A stretch of 64,000 nucleotides of DNA, taken from contig JBBCAW010000010.1 in assembly GCA_051382295.1 (NCBI GenBank), positions 1-64,000 on the forward strand, written 5' to 3'. Under the pieces are notes generated by a model. That model was not told the DNA's origin. It saw only the letters and a program-made list of their open reading frames with translations, and ran no database searches. A program made the position numbers and the translations under genes. Shown here one piece after another: positions 59,622 through 64,000 of the stretch. How positions within the stretch are numbered: position 1 is the first letter of the stretch; the number at the start of each line of letters is the position of its first letter. This DNA comes from Bdellovibrionota bacterium FG-1 (GTDB lineage: Bacteria > Bdellovibrionota > UBA1018).

Positions 59622-60932
59622 TTAAAGGGTAAAATGCCGGATTTCTGCGAGTGAACGACTCAACTCCCCGCGAAAATCCGGATGAGCAATAGAGATCAGG
59701 GCCCGCCCACGCTCCCTGAGCGTCAGACCATGAAGATTGACCGCGCCATATTCAGTGACCACCCAGTGAATATGACCACGGGTCGTCACCACGCCGGCCC
59801 CCGGCTTAAGTGCTGGAACAAGTCGAGAAAGTTGACCTTTCGAAGCGGTCGAAGGAAGTGCGATGATCGGCTTGCCTCCTTTTGAGAGGGCCGCGCCATG
59901 AATAAAATCCATTTGTCCGCCAATTCCGGAAAAAATCCGATGTCCCATGGAATCAGCGCAAACCTGGCCCGTCAGATCAATCTCAATGGCTGAGTTGACC
60001 GCCACCACTCGATCATTCGCGCGGATAATGGCAGTGTCATTGGTTCGATCACAAGGATGAAATTCAACCGTTGGATTGTCATCGACATAATCAAACAGCC
60101 GCTTGGACCCCATCACAAAACTTGTCGTCGTGCGTCCGCAATGAATTTTTTTGAAACGGTTGGTGATCACGCCATTTTCCATCAAATCAATCATATTGTC
60201 CGAAAACATTTCGGTATGAACGCCTAAATCCCGTTTATTGAGAAGTCGCTTTAAAACTGCATTCGGAATCGCGCCAATCCCCACTTGAAGCGTGGCACGA
60301 TCCTCGACAAGATTGGCGATAATCTCCCCGATTCGTGCGTCAGTTTCGGTTTCCTTAGGCTGTTCAGTCTCGATGAGGGGTCGATTAGTGTGCACAAAGG
60401 CATCGACATCTTCGAATCGGACCATGGTATTACCGTGAGTTCGAGGCATTTGCTCATTGATTTCCGCGATCACGATTTTAGCCGAATCGAAGGCCGCCTT
60501 AGCGACGTCCACGGAGGTCCCCAAGGTGCAATAGCCGTGTTTATCCGGCGGCGAAAGTTGCACGAACGCCACATCCAAAGAAACCTGCCCAGAAGTAAAT
60601 AAGCCGGGAATATCCGACAAAAAAATCGGCATAAAATCCGCGCGTCCCTCGGCAATGGGCTCCCGTAGCGCCGGACCGGTGAAAAAAGAAATCGAACGAA
60701 AACGATGCTCATTCTCTTTGCCGGCAAAATCAGAAGACCCTGAGATGTGCAAATGATAAAGACTGACGTCCTCCAGATCCTTGCGCGCGCAAAGCGCGTT
60801 CAAAAGAGGCGTCGGAGTGGCTGCGGCCCCATGAATAAAAATCTTCATCCCACTTTGAATGGAACGAATAGCATCAGAAGCACTGACTGCACGAGATTGC
60901 CAATTTTCTGAGGATTTCATGGGCCAAAACAT
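59622..60932 (-). CDS. Acetyl-CoA hydrolase/4-hydroxybutyrate CoA-transferase family
   Basis: LQVGIGAIPNAV, HTEMFSD, SGIGGQMDF, VVTEYG. Confidence 0.92.
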   Translation of the reverse strand: MFWPMKSSENWQSRAVSASDAIRSIQSGMKIFIHGAAATPTPLLNALCARKDLEDVSLYHLHISGSSDFAGKENEHRFRSISFFTGPALREPIAEGRADFMPIFLSDIPGLFTSGQVSLDVAFVQLSPPDKHGYCTLGTSVDVAKAAFDSAKIVIAEINEQMPRTHGNTMVRFEDVDAFVHTNRPLIETEQPKETETDARIGEIIANLVEDRATLQVGIGAIPNAVLKRLLNKRDLGVHTEMFSDNMIDLMENGVITNRFKKIHCGRTTTSFVMGSKRLFDYVDDNPTVEFHPCDRTNDTAIIRANDRVVAVNSAIEIDLTGQVCADSMGHRIFSGIGGQMDFIHGAALSKGGKPIIALPSTASKGQLSRLVPALKPGAGVVTTRGHIHWVVTEYGAVNLHGLTLRERGRALISIAHPDFRGELSRSLAEIRHFTL

Positions 60933-60953
60933 ATCGCTTTGGCTCCTGAAAAT

Positions 60954-61913
60954 CTACCAAATCACGCGGTACACAACCTCAAGGCCGTCATGATCCGAAA
61001 GCGGTTTTCCGTTCACGAGTTCAGTAAAAGTTTTTTCGTACGAGAGGGGTTCCATTTTGACAGACGCACTGGGTCGGTAAAACTGGTGATCTAAAGAATG
61101 AGACAGGTCGTCAAAGGGATCTACGGCTCCAGCACAGCGGCCCCGAGGTAAGCAACCCTCAGCGGCGTCAGTCAGATAGGTTTGCGAAATGATGTCGAAG
61201 TAATCCCCAATCGTTGGATTTGTATTGAAATCTCCGCCGAATACCAATGGGCCATTTTGGGACGTGACGCTGTTAAAGAAAATGCCAAGCTCTTTAATTT
61301 GTCGACGCCTAGCGGCAATTGATTCATAAAGAGGAGTGAACGCATCATCATAATCGGCTTGAAGATGAGTGTCTAAAACCTCCAGTGGCGTCGCCAAACC
61401 AGGAAGTTGAATTTGGGTATACTCGATGCCTTTGCGCGCGTTGATATCGACTCCCGCAAAATTGTCGATATTGAATGTCATTTTTTTAACAGCGATAATC
61501 GGAAACTCACTCAAGATGATCAAGCCCGATCCCGTGCGCTCGAAACTCGGTCCCGGTCCCGCTTTCGAATACGGATAGCCAGCCTCATTGATCAGATCGA
61601 CGATGCGTTTATGAAACCCCTCTTGAATCGCAACGATTTGCGGAGCGGTGCCTTGCTGGCGCCGCTGTTTCAGGACTCTTCCAATTTGTCCAAAATGCGC
61701 GGTATCAAAGCCTGGAAGGGGAAGCCCGTGCACATTGTAATTGAGAATCCGAAGATTCATTTGTCCGTGTTCGAGAATAGGCTGGGCGGGGGCGGCAGGC
61801 TCATGAGGGGGCGTACTCTGCTTGGCGGCAAAGGCCGAGGCGCTCTGAATTGAAACCATTTGAACTAAACCACTGACCAGTAAACCGAAAATAATAGCTC
61901 TCAACGAAACCAT
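60954..61913 (-). CDS. Secreted endonuclease/exonuclease/phosphatase (sphingomyelinase-like)
   Basis: YNV, IQE, THLQA, GDFN, LDH, LSDH. Confidence 0.88.
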   Translation of the reverse strand: MVSLRAIIFGLLVSGLVQMVSIQSASAFAAKQSTPPHEPAAPAQPILEHGQMNLRILNYNVHGLPLPGFDTAHFGQIGRVLKQRRQQGTAPQIVAIQEGFHKRIVDLINEAGYPYSKAGPGPSFERTGSGLIILSEFPIIAVKKMTFNIDNFAGVDINARKGIEYTQIQLPGLATPLEVLDTHLQADYDDAFTPLYESIAARRRQIKELGIFFNSVTSQNGPLVFGGDFNTNPTIGDYFDIISQTYLTDAAEGCLPRGRCAGAVDPFDDLSHSLDHQFYRPSASVKMEPLSYEKTFTELVNGKPLSDHDGLEVVYRVIW

Positions 61914-62094
61914 CCTTGGCTGCTGCCCTTCCTTTCGATCCCTTCCATAGGGTCGTTTGCGGGGCTGCTTAGAAACATTTTAAAGCAGAACAGTGCAATA
62001 ATTCAAGCGGGCGCCCCATTTGTTTGTTAGCTCAATGCGTTATGCTGTTTTGTCTGGACTCGTCCGGCTGCCAATGCAAGCCTGAGCCAAAATA

Positions 62095-63111
62095 ATGTCA
62101 GGGGGTTTTGTGTTTATCTTGAATAGTTACGCCATGGCGGTCCTGTTTTGTGTGATCACGATGTTGTGCTGGGGGTCGTGGGCCAATACCCAGAAACTGG
62201 CGGCAAAAAATTGGCGCTTCGAGCTCTTTTATTGGGATTATTCATTCGGTGTTCTTTTACTCGCGTTAGGTCTTGCAGCCACACTGGGCAGTAATGGAAT
62301 CGAAGGCCGCCCCTTTTTAGCGGATATGGAACAAGCCGGTCGCTCAAACATAGGTTCAGCGTTCATCGGTGGCGTGATTTTTAACATCGCCAACATCCTC
62401 CTCGTCGCGGCGATTTCAATCGCGGGGATGGCCGTGGCCTTTCCAGTAGGAATCGGAATCGCGCTAGCGCTCGGCGTAATCATCAACTATGTCGCTACTC
62501 CGGTCGGAAACCCCCTGCTGCTTTTAGGCGGTGTGGCTCTGGTCGGCCTCGCCATTTTGATCGACGCCAAAGCCTACAGCCGCCTCGTGAAACAACGCGC
62601 GCAAGTCCCCACCAAAGGGATTGTCCTCTCGATTGTGAGTGGCATTTTAATGGGCCTGTTTTACCGCTTTGTCGCGAGTTCCATGGCTTCGAATTTTGCG
62701 GCACCCGAGATTGGAAAACTCGGTCCTTATTCGGCGGTGGTGTTTTTTTGCGTTGGAATTTTCTTGAGCGGGTTCATTCTCAATCCGATCATGATGCGAA
62801 AGCCTTTTCAAGGTCCACCCGTCAAGCTCAGCGATTACATGAATGGAAGCCTTTTCAACCATTTTACGGGAATCTTGGGCGGCATGATTTGGTGTATCGG
62901 CATGTCCTTCAGCATTCTCGCCTCCGAACGTGCGGGGTTTGCGATTTCGTATGGCCTGGGACAGGGCGCAACGATGGTTGCGGCGGTTTGGGGAATTTTT
63001 TTTTGGCGGGAATTTAAAGATGCGCCGGCAGGGACAAACCGACTACTTGCTCTGATGATGTTGGCCTATTTTGCAGGGTTAACGCTCATTATTTTAGCAA
63101 GAACGTTATGA
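62095..63111 (+). CDS. GRP/DMT-family sugar (ribose) uptake permease
   Basis: [26 protein letters not shown]; overlaps the ribokinase start. Confidence 0.85.
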   Translation: MSGGFVFILNSYAMAVLFCVITMLCWGSWANTQKLAAKNWRFELFYWDYSFGVLLLALGLAATLGSNGIEGRPFLADMEQAGRSNIGSAFIGGVIFNIANILLVAAISIAGMAVAFPVGIGIALALGVIINYVATPVGNPLLLLGGVALVGLAILIDAKAYSRLVKQRAQVPTKGIVLSIVSGILMGLFYRFVASSMASNFAAPEIGKLGPYSAVVFFCVGIFLSGFILNPIMMRKPFQGPPVKLSDYMNGSLFNHFTGILGGMIWCIGMSFSILASERAGFAISYGLGQGATMVAAVWGIFFWREFKDAPAGTNRLLALMMLAYFAGLTLIILARTL

Positions 63112-63998
63112 TGAGCGAGAACGTTATGAACAGAGTACTGGTGATTGGAAGCTCGAATACGGATATGATTGTGCGCGCGCCAAGAATCCCGCAGCCAGGC
63201 GAAACCATCTTGGGTGGCACGTTTGGAGTGGCGGCTGGCGGCAAAGGTGCTAACCAGGCGGTAGCTGCGGCCAGGGCGGGTGCCGAGGTCACTTTTGTAG
63301 CCTGCATCGGAAACGACTCTTTTGGCACTCAAGCACTCGCCCGATTTTCGAAGGCGGGGATAAATACGGACTTCGTACGCAGAGATTCGGTCCTTCCTTC
63401 GGGGGTCGCCCTGATTACCGTAGATCAAAATGGCCAAAACAGCATTGTCGTCGCGCCTGGAGCCAACTCTGCACTCAATTGCGCGGATATTGATGCCGCG
63501 CACGCCACGCTGTTAAGCACATCGGTAGTACTCCTTCAGCTCGAATCCCCTCTCGAAACAGTGTTCTATGCCATTGAACTTGCCGCTAAGGCTGGAAAGA
63601 CCGTGATTCTCAATCCCGCCCCTGCGGTTGAAGCTAAACTCCTGTCTGCTATTTTGAAGCACGTCACCCTCCTCACGCCCAATGAATCCGAAGCCTCGCT
63701 TTTGACGGGAATCACAGTCCATGATCGCGAAACGGCAGCCGCTGCAGCGGCGGCCTTGCATCGCCAAGGAGTGCCTCAAGTCATTATCACGCTAGGAGAA
63801 AAGGGCGCCTTTGTGTCCACTCCGCAAATCCAAGAACTGATCCCAGCTCCACATGTCGAGGTCGTCGACACAACCGCTGCAGGTGATGAGTTCAGTGGTG
63901 CGCTTGCGGCTTCACTGAGCCGCGGGACCGACCTGAGCGAAAGCGTGCGCTACGCCTGTGGGGCTGCGTCATTTTTGGTTGCACAGGCAAAAGGCTAA
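63108..63998 (+). CDS. rbsK: Ribokinase
   Basis: [35 protein letters not shown]. Confidence 0.93.
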   Translation: MMSENVMNRVLVIGSSNTDMIVRAPRIPQPGETILGGTFGVAAGGKGANQAVAAARAGAEVTFVACIGNDSFGTQALARFSKAGINTDFVRRDSVLPSGVALITVDQNGQNSIVVAPGANSALNCADIDAAHATLLSTSVVLLQLESPLETVFYAIELAAKAGKTVILNPAPAVEAKLLSAILKHVTLLTPNESEASLLTGITVHDRETAAAAAAALHRQGVPQVIITLGEKGAFVSTPQIQELIPAPHVEVVDTTAAGDEFSGALAASLSRGTDLSESVRYACGAASFLVAQAKG

Positions 63999-64000
63999 AA

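Noticed and set aside
61914..62094. Riboswitch or LacI-type operator upstream of the ribose genes
   Set aside because: No recognisable consensus
63900..63998. Truncation of ribokinase (usual GAQxS tail absent)
   Set aside because: All catalytic motifs are present and the window ends 2 nt after the stop, so a frameshift cannot be assessed

Overview
Bacterial chromosomal window, most likely from a Bdellovibrionota/Oligoflexia-type organism. This is an inference from the TIGR02147/DUF4423-like gene, the short EF-Ts and the many secreted orphans. Housekeeping blocks are asd-pssA; rpsB-tsf-pyrH-frr-uppS-cdsA-rseP-tsaB-ade; a SNF2 helicase; yggS-maf; tatA; nagZ; tcdA-metG; and rbsK. Two accessory regions lie between them. 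Region 1 (~2.2-16.1 kb) holds toxin-antitoxin modules and gene remnants, a TIGR02147-led operon ending in an FGE/CLec protein with a DGR-like variable region and a GGA-loop hairpin, an AbiE cassette bounded by 58-bp direct repeats, a candidate type I toxin RNA, and a 4 x 51-bp palindromic array. Region 2 (~34.2-48.2 kb, downstream of tRNA-Arg(CCG)) holds an efflux cassette bounded by perfect 41-bp direct repeats and the best candidate for a novel system. That system is an unannotated 40-aa precursor peptide (ending KTPIAPF), followed by a B12-binding radical SAM enzyme, an M19 dipeptidase, an orphan peptide-binding lipoprotein and a membrane histidine kinase, with a divergent MFS exporter broken at a T9 tract. 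It reads as a putative RiPP-derived signal production and sensing circuit. All family assignments come from motif recognition by eye; no searches were run.
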